This document shows, piece by piece, positions 23,375 through 32,941 of a stretch of 64,000 nt of DNA (positions are counted from its first letter, which is position 1; the number at the start of each line of letters is the position of its first letter). The notes below the pieces were generated by a model. The model was not told where the DNA came from, ran no database searches, and saw only the letters and a list, made by a program, of their open reading frames with translations. Made by a program: the position numbers and the translations under genes. Origin of the DNA: Acidobacteriota bacterium (GTDB lineage Bacteria; Acidobacteriota; Thermoanaerobaculia; Multivoradales; Multivoraceae); the NCBI GenBank assembly GCA_026707545.1, contig JAPOWR010000006.1, positions 86,927-150,926 of the forward strand. Direction: 5' to 3'.

Positions 23375-23772
23375 GACGCTGGCTCGGAGAGTTCGACCAG
23401 TACGCCGCCGGCGCTCTTCGGATGAACGAACTGCACGGTCGCGCCCTCAGCCCCCGGCCCCGGCCGCTCGCGCAGCAGCTCCACGCCGTCCCCGCGCAGG
23501 CGCGTGTCGTCCGCGTCGATGTCGTCGCTCTTCAGGCAGAGGTGGTGGATTCCCGGACCCCGGCGCTCCAGAAACCGCGCGACCGGCGAATCGGCCGACA
23601 GCGGCTCCAGGAGTTCGATCCGGCTGGCGCCGCATGGAATCATCGCGACGCGCACGCCCTCGTGTTCGACCTCCTCGATCGCGGAGACCGCCAGACCCAG
23701 GTTCTCGTAGAACGTCCTGGCCTCTTCAATCGACGGCACGGCGATCGCGATGTGGTCCAGGGCGGTGATCAT
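23371..23772 (-). CDS. mce: Methylmalonyl-CoA epimerase (VOC/glyoxalase fold)
   Basis: ATG 23772 with a GGAGGAA RBS. LDHIAIAVPSIEEARTFYENLG and IHHLCL are typical of the family. 133 aa. 4-nt overlap with carA. Confidence 0.85.
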   Translation of the reverse strand: MITALDHIAIAVPSIEEARTFYENLGLAVSAIEEVEHEGVRVAMIPCGASRIELLEPLSADSPVARFLERRGPGIHHLCLKSDDIDADDTRLRGDGVELLRERPGPGAEGATVQFVHPKSAGGVLVELSEPAS

Positions 23773-24808
23773 GAGCGGTTCCTCCGTCTCGCCGGAATCC
23801 ACCGACGAACTCGGCGACCAGCCGGTCCGCAAGGTCATACGGATCCACCGGCCCGCCGTTTCCGGGCGCCCGATTCTGCTGCGATTCCGGCGCCCCGTAA
23901 AGAGCCCTCTCCCGCTCCGGATCCCCGGCTTCCGGAACGAGACCTCCAGACTCGACCGCGTCCATCGCGAGCCGCAGCACCTCGGCCCGGTAGAGGTCGA
24001 GCACCCGCCGGCGGAAACGGGCCGCCCGCCGGGCGGCGATCTCGCCGCCGGCTTCCAGCCCATCGAAGCACCCGGAGATCGCCTCGAGGAGTTCCGCCGT
24101 CCCCTCACCGGTCCGCGCGACCGTCGACACGACCGGCCGCCTCCCGCCCGCGCCGCCGGGCTCCGGGGAGGCGGCGTCCTCGATCGCAAGCCGCGCGGCG
24201 CCGGCCCCGGCCAGGTCGCCCTTGTTGACGACGAAGACATCCGCGATCTCCATCGTGCCGCTCTTGATCGCCTGAACGCCGTCGCCCAGACCGGGCGCCA
24301 CAACCAGCACCACCAGGTCCGCGTTGCGGCGGATCAGCGTCTGGGCCTGCCCCGCGCCGACGGTCTCGACGAGAATCCACCGGAAACCCGCCGCGTCGAG
24401 CAGATCGGCGGCGGCGGCCGCCGCTCGCGCCAGACCGCCGGACGCACCGCGCGAGGCCATCGATCGGATGAAGACGCCCGGATCCGTCTCCAGGCCGGAC
24501 ATCCGAACCCGGTCGCCGAGCACCGCGCCGCCGGTCAGCGGGCTGGTGGGATCGAACGCCAGGACCGCCACGGGTTCGCCCCGCTTGCGGAGCTCCCGGG
24601 CCAGGGCGGCGGTCAGGGTGCTCTTGCCGACTCCCGGCGGACCGGTCAAACCCACCGTCATCGCCCGGCCGGCCCGGCGGAAGGCGGCCCTCGCCCACGC
24701 GGCCTCGGCGCCCCTCTCGATCGCCGTCAGGGCGCGGGCGAGACGCCGCGTCTCCCGCCAGGGCTCCGGGCCGTCCAGCCAGGCCTCGGGTGCGCCGTCC
24801 GCGGTCAC
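23726..24808 (-). CDS. meaB: MeaB/ArgK-type G3E GTPase (mutase chaperone)
   Basis: GTG 24808 overlaps the spoIID-like stop (GTGA). P-loop GLTGPPGVGKSTL, VETVGAGQ and NKGD. The C-terminal tail overlaps mce by 47 nt. Confidence 0.85.
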   Translation of the reverse strand: MTADGAPEAWLDGPEPWRETRRLARALTAIERGAEAAWARAAFRRAGRAMTVGLTGPPGVGKSTLTAALARELRKRGEPVAVLAFDPTSPLTGGAVLGDRVRMSGLETDPGVFIRSMASRGASGGLARAAAAAADLLDAAGFRWILVETVGAGQAQTLIRRNADLVVLVVAPGLGDGVQAIKSGTMEIADVFVVNKGDLAGAGAARLAIEDAASPEPGGAGGRRPVVSTVARTGEGTAELLEAISGCFDGLEAGGEIAARRAARFRRRVLDLYRAEVLRLAMDAVESGGLVPEAGDPERERALYGAPESQQNRAPGNGGPVDPYDLADRLVAEFVGGFRRDGGTAHDHRPGPHRDRRAVD

Positions 24809-26649
24809 GACCCGAAACTGCCGATGTCGACGGCACCGTAGTAGTGCCAGAGAATCTCCCGGTAGCTCAGACCGCGCTGCGCCATGAGGTAGGACCCGAT
24901 CTGGCACATGCCGACGCCGTGCCCGCGTCCGCTGCCGTCGAACCGCCAACCGGCGACGTCGCCGGCGCCCGTTTCGGCGGTCATCCGGACCAGGTTCTCC
25001 GGTACATCGAGCAGCCAGCGGATGGCCAGACCCTGGACCTCGACCGAGCGCCGTTCGCCGATCAGGTCCAGCCTCGCGATCCGGCCCGAGACGCCCCGCT
25101 CGAGCACCTGCATCGACACCAGGCCCAAGCCGGGAAAGCGCCGCTCCACCGACTCCCTCAGCTCCCCGTGAGACCGCCAGACCGACCAGGGCACGGCGGC
25201 CGGTTGGCCTCCCGCAGAGGGTGCCTCGTGCACCACGAGAGCCACACGGCCACTGGCGAGGTAGGCGCGAACCCGATCCCCGGGAGCCATGTCGACCGCA
25301 TCGACCGGAGCGCCCAGGTCCGCCGCCGGCGCGCCGGACGTCGCTGTGGCGATCGACAGTTCGGCCTCCGGCGCCAGGGGCAGCAACCGCCGCACGCCAC
25401 GCTTGCGCAGTTGCAGCCAGCGGCCGTCCACCCCCACGAGATTCCCGGCCACGACCTGCAGCGCGCCCCTGGACAGGGCCCGGGCCAGACGCTCGCTCGG
25501 CCGGCGCGCCCGGACTCCCGCCATGCCGAGCGCCTTCAGCAGGTGCTGCTCCGGCGTTCCGCCGGCTCTTCCGACCAGGCGCACGCCGCCGCCTTCCACG
25601 CACGCGGTTCCGGTCGGACCTTCTCCAGCCAAACGCGGAAAGACGTTGCGCATGAGTTCCGTGCTGCCGCCGCAACTCGCCGTGAACAGGGCCTCGAGCG
25701 GCTCGCCCGACCGGACCAGGATCTCTCCCCGCGTTGCCGCCACCGCCTCATCCGAGCGCGGATGCTCCGCCTCGAGTCCCCCGTAGACCTGGCACAGGGG
25801 CGTCGCGCAGATGTCGTAGCCCTCACCCGCGAACTCGCTCCGGTGCCGCACCGCGTAGGTGCGCACAGCGACCGCCTGGGCCTTGGTCGCTTCGAACTCG
25901 GGGTACAGGTCCGGGCCCAACTCGCCCGGCACCACTCCGCGCACGTAGTCCTCGAGTGGCGCGGCGTTGACGACGTTGATGCCTGCACGGTCGTTCACGA
26001 ACAGTTCGAGAGCGCCCCGATAGCGGCGGCCGAGAACATCCACGACGGCCCCGTCCGACTCCAGCCGGAGCCGCCTGCCGGCAATCCAACCGATGCCGTC
26101 GACAACGAAGCCGGGATCCTCCAGCACGGCGCCCTCGATCGCGATCCAGATGTCATCGAACCCTTCGACGCGGAGCCGGCCGCGGGCTTCCTCCGCCTGC
26201 TCCCGTTCTCCGTAACGCCCCACACGGACCCGATACAGCCCGGTGGCCGCGTCGAGGACGGAGGCCGCGTCCTGGTCGAGCAACCCGGCAAGCCGAACAG
26301 CCAGCCTCTCCGCCTGCCAGGAGTCCCGCAGCGCCGCCACCTGGAGCCGATGAACGCCCGCAGTCGCCTTCCCCGGTGCCGGCCGCACACTGAAGCGGCC
26401 ATCCACCTCGTGCTTCTCGCCGTCCTCGGCCACCAGCCAGGAGCGGGACTCGCAGCAAGGAACTTCAAGGCGGTCCAGGTCCGTCGCGAGTCCTACCCGG
26501 ATTTCCGCCGGCAGCACGATCCGCCCCGAAACACGACTCCCGTCGGGTGCCGGAGCCGGCCGTGCCGCGGCAACCAGCAGGCAGGCCGCCACGCCCACGC
26601 CGAAGCCGATCGCCCACCGCCCGACGTGCTCTGGCTTCCGCTTTCCCAT
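24805..26649 (-). CDS. SpoIID/LytB-domain protein with a SPOR-like peptidoglycan-binding domain
   Basis: TASCGGSTE, CATPLCQVYGG and GHGVGMCQIG are SpoIID hallmarks. The N-terminal part has a SPOR-like segment (YRVRVGRYGEREQAEE). Confidence 0.85.
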   Translation of the reverse strand: MGKRKPEHVGRWAIGFGVGVAACLLVAAARPAPAPDGSRVSGRIVLPAEIRVGLATDLDRLEVPCCESRSWLVAEDGEKHEVDGRFSVRPAPGKATAGVHRLQVAALRDSWQAERLAVRLAGLLDQDAASVLDAATGLYRVRVGRYGEREQAEEARGRLRVEGFDDIWIAIEGAVLEDPGFVVDGIGWIAGRRLRLESDGAVVDVLGRRYRGALELFVNDRAGINVVNAAPLEDYVRGVVPGELGPDLYPEFEATKAQAVAVRTYAVRHRSEFAGEGYDICATPLCQVYGGLEAEHPRSDEAVAATRGEILVRSGEPLEALFTASCGGSTELMRNVFPRLAGEGPTGTACVEGGGVRLVGRAGGTPEQHLLKALGMAGVRARRPSERLARALSRGALQVVAGNLVGVDGRWLQLRKRGVRRLLPLAPEAELSIATATSGAPAADLGAPVDAVDMAPGDRVRAYLASGRVALVVHEAPSAGGQPAAVPWSVWRSHGELRESVERRFPGLGLVSMQVLERGVSGRIARLDLIGERRSVEVQGLAIRWLLDVPENLVRMTAETGAGDVAGWRFDGSGRGHGVGMCQIGSYLMAQRGLSYREILWHYYGAVDIGSFGS

Positions 26650-26705
26650 CCGCCTCTTCCATACGTTATTGGAAATAGGCGAAACGGCGCTTCTCGGCCA
26701 GCGTT

Positions 26706-27455
26706 CTACCGGTGCTGGTGGGCCTGGACGTCGTGCCGGTAGTCACCGACGTCGTCGCTGATGCGGATCGGCTTCGCCATATGGTGCAGGCGGCTGACCA
26801 GGCTGGCCGAGACGCGGTCGGCAAGCGTCTGGCCGGCGGAGACGTCGTCCTCCCCCTCAGCCGCCAGGTCGTAGTTGCTGGTGAAGAGGGTCGGCCGCTT
26901 GGCCATGTAGCGGCCGTTGATCAGGAGGTAGAGAATGTCCAGGACGAAGGGCGTCGGCCGTCTGGCACCGAGCTCGTCGACCACGACCACATCCGCCTCC
27001 TGGAGCGGCCGCAGCAGATCGGTCTGGCTCAGCTCGTTGCCTGGCTGGAACGTGGACTGGATGTCCGCGACCAGCTTCGTGAAATCGACGAAACGGCCCC
27101 TCACGCCGTACTGCTCCGCGAGCTCGATCAGCACGGCCACCGCCAGGTGCGTCTTGCCCCGGCCACTCGGGCCCACGAAGACCAGGCCCCGTTCGCTCAG
27201 CGATCCGTCGTTCTCCAGGAACTCGTCGATGTACTCGTCACAATCGTGGCGAGCCCTGAGGAGCTGATCGCCGACATCCCCTGCCAGGCGGAAGTTGCTG
27301 AGCCGGCAACCCTGGTACTTGGGCGGAACGCCCAGGTCTTCGAGCCGCCGGCTGCGCACGCGCGCCGAGTGGCAACTGCAGCGACGCGCCCGATTCGTCG
27401 CCAGGTCGACGACCCAGCCACGGTCCTGGCAGAACTCGCAACCGGCCTCGCTCAA
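26706..27455 (-). CDS. DnaC/IstB-like AAA+ ATPase with an N-terminal 4-Cys zinc-finger-like motif
   Basis: CEFCQDRG...RCSC, Walker A VGPSGRGKTHLA and Walker B VVVVDELG. 4-nt overlap with the hspR stop. Confidence 0.7.
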   Translation of the reverse strand: MSEAGCEFCQDRGWVVDLATNRARRCSCHSARVRSRRLEDLGVPPKYQGCRLSNFRLAGDVGDQLLRARHDCDEYIDEFLENDGSLSERGLVFVGPSGRGKTHLAVAVLIELAEQYGVRGRFVDFTKLVADIQSTFQPGNELSQTDLLRPLQEADVVVVDELGARRPTPFVLDILYLLINGRYMAKRPTLFTSNYDLAAEGEDDVSAGQTLADRVSASLVSRLHHMAKPIRISDDVGDYRHDVQAHQHR

Positions 27456-27883
27456 TCCTCTTCCTCGACCTTCACCAGGGCGCCGCTTCGCACCCAGACG
27501 AGCGCGTGCCGCCGCCGGACACCGCGACGCCGGTCCGACACGTCGCGTTCCACGATCTCGAGCAGACGATTCCGCTCTTCCTCCAGCCGCGCCAGTCGCT
27601 CCTGCAGGGCCAGAACGACCTCGACGCCCGCAAGGTTGACGCCCATGTCGCGGGTCAGCGTCAGGATCGACTCCAGCCGGTGAAGGGAGTCTTCGTCGTA
27701 GAGACGCGTGTTGCCGTCGCTTCGTTGCGGCTGGAGCAGTCCCTCCCGCTCGTAGAGGCGCAGGGTCTGCGGGTGAATGTCGTAGCGCTCGGCCACCTTG
27801 CTGATCATCACGTAGCGACCGCCCCCCACTCGCCGGCGGCGGGACGGGGGGCGGCGCTTCCGTGAGGACCGGGACCCGACCAT
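27452..27883 (-). CDS. hspR: MerR-family heat-shock repressor HspR
   Basis: ATG 27883 lies 7 nt after the dnaK stop. YDIHPQTLRLYEREGLLQPQRSDGNTRLY is the HspR-type HTH. Confidence 0.8.
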   Translation of the reverse strand: MVGSRSSRKRRPPSRRRRVGGGRYVMISKVAERYDIHPQTLRLYEREGLLQPQRSDGNTRLYDEDSLHRLESILTLTRDMGVNLAGVEVVLALQERLARLEEERNRLLEIVERDVSDRRRGVRRRHALVWVRSGALVKVEEED

Positions 27884-27890
27884 GGCGACC

Positions 27891-29822
27891 CTAGTTTGCC
27901 TTCTCGTCCCCGGATGTGTCGTCCACGTCGACGAAGTCGGCATCGATCACATCGTCGTCGCCCCCGGAGGCCGGACCTTCCGGTCCGGCGCCCGCTCCCG
28001 GCGCACCCTCCGGCGGCGCCTGAGCACTCGTCTGCTCGTAGATCACCTGGGCCAGCTTGTGCGAGGCCTGGGTCAGGCCGGCCGAAGCGCTGGCCATCGC
28101 GGCGGCGTCCTCCGCCTCCATGGCCTTCTTCGCTTCCTCGATCGCCGACTCGATCTCGCCGACATCGGTCTCGGACAGTTTGTCCTTGTGCTCGGCGAGG
28201 TTCTTCTCGGTGCCGTAGACGAGGGAGTCGAGCTGGTTGCGGGCGTCGATCACCTCCCGGCGCTGCTTGTCCTCCTCGCTGTGCGCCTTTGCGTCGTCGA
28301 CCATCCGCTCGATCTCGTCCTTGTCGATGCCGCCTGAACCGGTGATCGTGATCTTCTGCTCCTTGCCCGTGCCCTTGTCCTTGGCCGAGACGTTGACGAT
28401 GCCGTTCGCGTCGATGTCGAAGGTGACCTCGATCTGCGGCATGCCCCGGGGCGCGGGCGGGATCCCCACCAGATGGAAGCGACCGAGTGTCCGGTTGTGG
28501 CCCGCCATCTCGCGTTCGCCCTGCAACACGTGGACCTCGACCGAGGTCTGGTTGTCGCCGGCGGTGGAGAACGTCTCGCTCTTGCGCGTCGGGATCGTCG
28601 TGTTCCGGTCGATCAGCTTCGTGAACACGCCGCCCAGCGTCTCGATGCCGAGGGACAGGGGCGTGACGTCCAGCAGCAGGACGTCCGTGACGTCTCCCGC
28701 CAGCACGCCGCCCTGAATCGCGGCGCCGATCGCGACGACCTCGTCCGGATTCACTCCCCTGTGCGGCTCGCGGCCAAAGAACTCCTTGACCGCGTTCTGC
28801 ACCGCGGGCATCCGGGTCTGGCCGCCGACCATGACGACCTCCTCGATGTCGCTGGTTCCGAGACCCGCATCCTTCAGAGCCTGCCGGCACGGGCCGAGCG
28901 TGCTCCCGACCAGGTCTTCGACGAGCTGCTCCAGCTTGCTCCGGGACAACTTGACGTTCAGGTGCTTGGGACCCGAGGCGTCGGCGGTCACGAAGGGCAG
29001 GTTGATCTCGGTTTCCTGCACTCCGGACAGCTCGATCTTCGCCTTCTCGCCCGCCTCCTTGAGGCGCTGCATGGCCATCGGATCCTGGCCCAGATCGATG
29101 CCCTGGTCCTTCTTGAACTCCGCCAGCAGCCAGTCGATGATCCGCTGGTCGATGTTGTCGCCGCCGAGGTGGGTGTCGCCGTTCGTCGACTTCACCTCGA
29201 CGACCCCCTCACCGACTTCCAGGATGGAGATGTCGAAGGTGCCGCCACCAAAGTCGTACACGGCGATCGTGCGGTCGCCCTCCTTGTCCAGGCCGTAGGC
29301 GAGCGCCGCCGCCGTCGGCTCGTTGACCAGCCGTTCCACGGTCAGACCGGCGATCTGGCCGGCGTCGCGCGTCGCCTGACGCTGGGCGTCGTTGAAGTAT
29401 GCCGGCACGGTGATCACCGCCCGGTCGACCGGACCGCCGAGGTAGTCCTCCGCCGCCTGCTTCAGCTTCTGCAGGACCATGGCAGAGATCTGCGGCGGCG
29501 TGTAGCTCTTGCCCGCGGCCTCGATCTGGACGTCATCGCCCGAACTCGTGACCGAGTAGGGGACCATCTTCTGCTCCCCCGAAACCTCGCCCAGGCGCCG
29601 GCCCATGAAGCGCTTGATCGAGAAGACCGTGTTCTGCGGATTCGTCACCGCCTGCCGCTTCGCGACCTGTCCGACCAACCGCTCGCCCTTGTCGGTGAAC
29701 GCGACAATCGACGGCGTGGTCCGACTTCCCTCCGAGTTCGGAACCACCTTCGGATCCGAACCCTCCATCAGGGCGACGACGCTGTTCGTCGTCCCCAAGT
29801 CGATACCGATGATCTTGCTCAA
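27891..29822 (-). CDS. dnaK: Molecular chaperone DnaK (Hsp70)
   Basis: [27 protein letters not shown] and an acidic C-terminus. 643 aa. Confidence 0.97.
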   Translation of the reverse strand: MSKIIGIDLGTTNSVVALMEGSDPKVVPNSEGSRTTPSIVAFTDKGERLVGQVAKRQAVTNPQNTVFSIKRFMGRRLGEVSGEQKMVPYSVTSSGDDVQIEAAGKSYTPPQISAMVLQKLKQAAEDYLGGPVDRAVITVPAYFNDAQRQATRDAGQIAGLTVERLVNEPTAAALAYGLDKEGDRTIAVYDFGGGTFDISILEVGEGVVEVKSTNGDTHLGGDNIDQRIIDWLLAEFKKDQGIDLGQDPMAMQRLKEAGEKAKIELSGVQETEINLPFVTADASGPKHLNVKLSRSKLEQLVEDLVGSTLGPCRQALKDAGLGTSDIEEVVMVGGQTRMPAVQNAVKEFFGREPHRGVNPDEVVAIGAAIQGGVLAGDVTDVLLLDVTPLSLGIETLGGVFTKLIDRNTTIPTRKSETFSTAGDNQTSVEVHVLQGEREMAGHNRTLGRFHLVGIPPAPRGMPQIEVTFDIDANGIVNVSAKDKGTGKEQKITITGSGGIDKDEIERMVDDAKAHSEEDKQRREVIDARNQLDSLVYGTEKNLAEHKDKLSETDVGEIESAIEEAKKAMEAEDAAAMASASAGLTQASHKLAQVIYEQTSAQAPPEGAPGAGAGPEGPASGGDDDVIDADFVDVDDTSGDEKAN

Positions 29823-29918
29823 GTTCTCGTCTCCCGATCGCCCGCGCCAACCGGCGCGAACGGTTGTTTTCCTGGCTCTTCGGTTCGCCGCCGGGGCTGC
29901 GGCCCCGACGCGCCGAGC

Positions 29919-29947
29919 ATCCTAAGACCTAAGCGGCTTGATGTCAA
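29919..29947 (-). promoter_or_regulatory. Candidate sigma70-type promoter of the dnaK operon, with a palindrome over the -35
   Basis: The minus strand reads TTGACA (29947-29942), a 17-nt spacer and TAGGAT (29924-29919), about 95 nt upstream of the dnaK ATG. The -35 is embedded in the inverted repeat CTTGA-ca-TCAAG (29937-29948). Confidence 0.5.
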
Positions 29948-30062
29948 GTCCTGCGGAGCGCATATCTGATATCTATACGCTCATATACGCGCGGCCAGGC
30001 CAGTACACCAACCCGATCACGGCGCTCCAGGATGGACCAGCGCCCCTTTCCCGACTGTTGGG

Positions 30063-30530
30063 TCAGCTACGGGTCTTCTCGACGTAGCGCATCCGGAGCT
30101 GGGCGAGCAGGTCCTCGAGCAAAGCCGTTTCCTGAGCGCTCACGTTCCCCCGGGTCTTCTCCTGGAGCACCCCCAGCAGGTCGATGTGCATGCGAGCCCG
30201 CGGCAGATCCTCAGCACTCTGGCCATCCGGAAGCTGCGCATCGCCGAGCAGGAAGGCGATCGGCTCGGCGAGCATGGCCACCAGATCCATGAAGCCGGGC
30301 CCGGCACCTGCCGCCGGCGACGGGCCCGCGGCGGCCTCTGCGGGTCCCGTGCCCGGGCCGCCCAGGGACGGTTCGCCGCCGTCCACGCCCGAGGTTTCGC
30401 GCGGGGCAGTGTCCGGTGCCGCGGGCGACGGGGCCTCGGCGCCTTTCGCGTCCTTCTGCTGCTCGAGAAAGCGGTACTCTTCGCGCAGCTCGCCGTCGTC
30501 CGTGAACATCCTCCTGTCGGTGACCTTCAC
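30063..30530 (-). CDS. DUF1844-domain protein
   Basis: KVTDRRMF N-terminus, a low-complexity P/A/G linker and the C-terminal LLGVLQEKTRGNVSAQETALLEDLLAQLRMRYVE match my recollection of DUF1844. The start is uncertain: GTG 30530 is preferred, and ORF-track start 30614 would overlap mazG. Confidence 0.7.
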   Translation of the reverse strand: MKVTDRRMFTDDGELREEYRFLEQQKDAKGAEAPSPAAPDTAPRETSGVDGGEPSLGGPGTGPAEAAAGPSPAAGAGPGFMDLVAMLAEPIAFLLGDAQLPDGQSAEDLPRARMHIDLLGVLQEKTRGNVSAQETALLEDLLAQLRMRYVEKTRS

Positions 30531-30549
30531 ATCCGACCCCCACCGAAGA

Positions 30550-31362
30550 ATGAGCGATCGTAACAGAGCCGGCGGAGCGGCACGGGACCCCTCCTCACTG
30601 GCTCCGATCGGCACCCTGATCGACCGGCTCCGCCGGGATTGTCCCTGGGATCGCGAGCTGTCCCTTCGGGATCTGCGCGCCTACCTGATCGAGGAGGCGC
30701 ACGAGCTGGCCGCCGCGATCGACGAGCGCGATCCCGCGGCGATCAACGAGGAGCTGGGCGATCTGCTCTTCGAGGCCGTCTACGTCGCCCGGCTCGCCAG
30801 CGCCGAGCTGTCGGACGTGCCGGTCGGCGACGCGATTCGAACCGTGATCGAGAAGATGGTGGCCCGTCACCCGCACGTGTTCGGCGACGAGGAGGCCTCA
30901 TCCGCGGCCGAGGTCGCGGCCCTCTGGGAGCAACGCAAACGTGATCGGGCCGGACGTTCCGTGCTGGACGGCGTACCCGCATCGCTGCCGGCCCTGGTCG
31001 GCGCCTACCGTCTCGGTCAGAAGGCGGCCGGCATCGGCTTCGACTGGGACGCGGCCGCCGCCGTGCGCGCCAAGGTGTCCGAGGAGCTCGAGGAGCTGGA
31101 CCGGGAGATGGCGACGGACGAGTCGGCGCCGACGACGAAGGTCGAAGAGGAGTTGGGCGACGTCCTCTTCGCCGTGGCCAATCTGGCTCGCCATCTCAAG
31201 GTGGATCCGGAGCGCGCCCTCGCGTCAGCGAACAGGAAGTTCCGCCGCCGCTTCGCGGTGGTGGAAGCGGAACTCGAATCGGGAGTCCGCGCCGAGATCG
31301 ACGGCAACCGGATGGAGTTGATGGAACGGCTGTGGGAGCGTGCCAAGCGGGAAGAGGAGTAA
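30550..31362 (+). CDS. mazG: Nucleoside triphosphate pyrophosphohydrolase MazG (tandem MazG domains)
   Basis: ATG 30550 in ORF 30184..31362. CPWDRE, plus two EExxE/D metal motifs: EELGDLLFEAVY and EELGDVLFAVANLARH. Confidence 0.85.
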   Translation: MSDRNRAGGAARDPSSLAPIGTLIDRLRRDCPWDRELSLRDLRAYLIEEAHELAAAIDERDPAAINEELGDLLFEAVYVARLASAELSDVPVGDAIRTVIEKMVARHPHVFGDEEASSAAEVAALWEQRKRDRAGRSVLDGVPASLPALVGAYRLGQKAAGIGFDWDAAAAVRAKVSEELEELDREMATDESAPTTKVEEELGDVLFAVANLARHLKVDPERALASANRKFRRRFAVVEAELESGVRAEIDGNRMELMERLWERAKREEE

Positions 31363-31383
31363 CCCCGCGGCTACCGCGGTCGC

Positions 31384-32595
31384 CTACAGGTTCGCCGACT
31401 CCGCGGGAGGTTCCAACATCTTCTCGATCGCACCTTCGAGCACCGGATCCGACCCGTCTTCCGGCTCGGCGAAGAAGAAGGCGCCGAGGCGGTGCTCCTG
31501 CTCCATGCGGATCCTGCTATTCAGCCGCTCGCCGTCCGGATCGGTGTAGAACGCCGAGGTCAACTCCAGCACGCCTCCCTCGTTCGGCAGCTCGATCTGC
31601 TCCACCTCGCCGGCGTAGCCGAAGGTTGGTTCACCGTAGAGTTCGGCGCCTCTCGCCTTCTTCAGCACGGCGGTCAGCACCTCGGCGGCTCCCTGAGAAC
31701 TCCGGTCGACCAGTACGGCGATGTCGCCCGAGTAGAGGCCGCCGACGCCTTCGAAGCTCAGGAGTTTCTGGTCCTCGCGATCGACGAGGCCGCCCAGCTC
31801 ACCCTGGGCGAACCGGCCTGCCACCTCGTAGGCATCGGCGACCGATCCTCCGGCGACACCGCGCAGATCGATCAGCAGCGAGTCGCCCTCGTACCCGGCG
31901 AGCGCCGCGTCGACGTGGTCCGCCGTTCCAGCGGCGAAGCTCGGGATCGTCAGCACGCCGACACCGCCCACCTCCTCGAACTCCGGCGGCAGGAGGTCGT
32001 ACTCGGCTAGAACGAGACTCACCTCGAGCGGGTCCTCCACACGGCTTCGAACGAGTTCCACCAGCACGTTCGAGCCAACCGGACCGGCCAACTGCCGGCG
32101 CACCTCCCAGAGCGGCATTTCCCGAGACGAACGGCCGTTGATCATGGACACGATGTCGCCCCGTTCGAACCCCGCCAGATCGGCCGGACTGCCGCGGTCC
32201 ACCGCGGCGACGTAGGCGGTCCCGCGCTCCTTGACCACCAGCAGACCGCTGTGACGGCGGCCGATCTCCCGCGCGGCCCGGTACGACTCCACCGCGCTCG
32301 CGGGCACGTACACCGAGAACGGATCCAGCGCGTCGGTCACTCCGTCCAGAGCGCCCGCCATCAGACCGCGGCCGCCGACTTCCTCGACGTAGGAGCCGCG
32401 GATCAGCCGCAGGACTTCCTCCCACAGCGTGATGTACTTGTAGATCGAGTCGGTGCCGGGTTCGTCGTCGCTGGCACCCAGCCACGCGCCGCTGGCGAGG
32501 CCAAGGACGAAGAGCAGCGAGACGCAGACGAAGAGCAGCCTGCCGCCGACTCCCGCCCGGCGGTTCACCGGCGGACGCTCTCCGTCTGCGATCAC
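31384..32595 (-). CDS. S41-family C-terminal processing peptidase with a PDZ domain
   Basis: N-terminal TM helix, PDZ (FERGDIVSMINGRS) and a Ser/Lys catalytic segment AVLVDRSSQGAAEVLTAVLKK. Confidence 0.85.
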   Translation of the reverse strand: MIADGERPPVNRRAGVGGRLLFVCVSLLFVLGLASGAWLGASDDEPGTDSIYKYITLWEEVLRLIRGSYVEEVGGRGLMAGALDGVTDALDPFSVYVPASAVESYRAAREIGRRHSGLLVVKERGTAYVAAVDRGSPADLAGFERGDIVSMINGRSSREMPLWEVRRQLAGPVGSNVLVELVRSRVEDPLEVSLVLAEYDLLPPEFEEVGGVGVLTIPSFAAGTADHVDAALAGYEGDSLLIDLRGVAGGSVADAYEVAGRFAQGELGGLVDREDQKLLSFEGVGGLYSGDIAVLVDRSSQGAAEVLTAVLKKARGAELYGEPTFGYAGEVEQIELPNEGGVLELTSAFYTDPDGERLNSRIRMEQEHRLGAFFFAEPEDGSDPVLEGAIEKMLEPPAESANL

Positions 32596-32602
32596 GGCTT
32601 CC

Positions 32603-32941
32603 TCAGGAGACCGACGCGACCGCCTCGTCCTCGTCCTGCATGATGTCGAGCACCGTGACCAGCTGGGTGATCTGCAGCACGCCGAGCACGCGCCTCGGCA
32701 GCGCGAACAGACCCAGCTTGCCGCCGCGGTTGGTCACCGTGGTGTAGGCGGCGATCAGTTCGCCGACGCCGGACGAGTCGATCGTCCGCACGCGGCCCAT
32801 GTTGAGCAGAATGTTCACAGCGCCCGCACCGACCGCTTCGTGAACGGCCTCCCTCAGAGCAACGTCCCCCTCGCCGATGGTGATCCTGCCCTGGAGATCG
32901 AGAATCGTCGCTCCATCCCGCTGGCGCTTGTCAATCTTCAT
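32603..32941 (-). CDS. STAS-domain anti-sigma-factor antagonist (SpoIIAA/RsbV-like)
   Basis: 112 aa. RTIDSSGVGELIAAY contains the phosphorylatable-Ser region typical of STAS antagonists. Confidence 0.85.
   Translation of the reverse strand: MKIDKRQRDGATILDLQGRITIGEGDVALREAVHEAVGAGAVNILLNMGRVRTIDSSGVGELIAAYTTVTNRGGKLGLFALPRRVLGVLQITQLVTVLDIMQDEDEAVASVS

Noticed and set aside
24809-25675. N-terminal 289-aa extension of the 649-aa ORF that contains MeaB
   Set aside because: The extension overlaps the SpoIID-like gene in another frame and is Arg/Gly/Pro-rich. MeaB homology begins only near the GTG at 24808, which forms a GTGA overlap with the upstream stop.
29811-29960. Canonical HAIR element (CTTGAGT-N7-ACTCAAG) for HspR
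   Set aside because: No exact or near-exact HAIR with N7 spacing is present. Only compact CTTG(A)-N2-(T)CAAG palindromes occur, and these are reported separately as a hypothesis.
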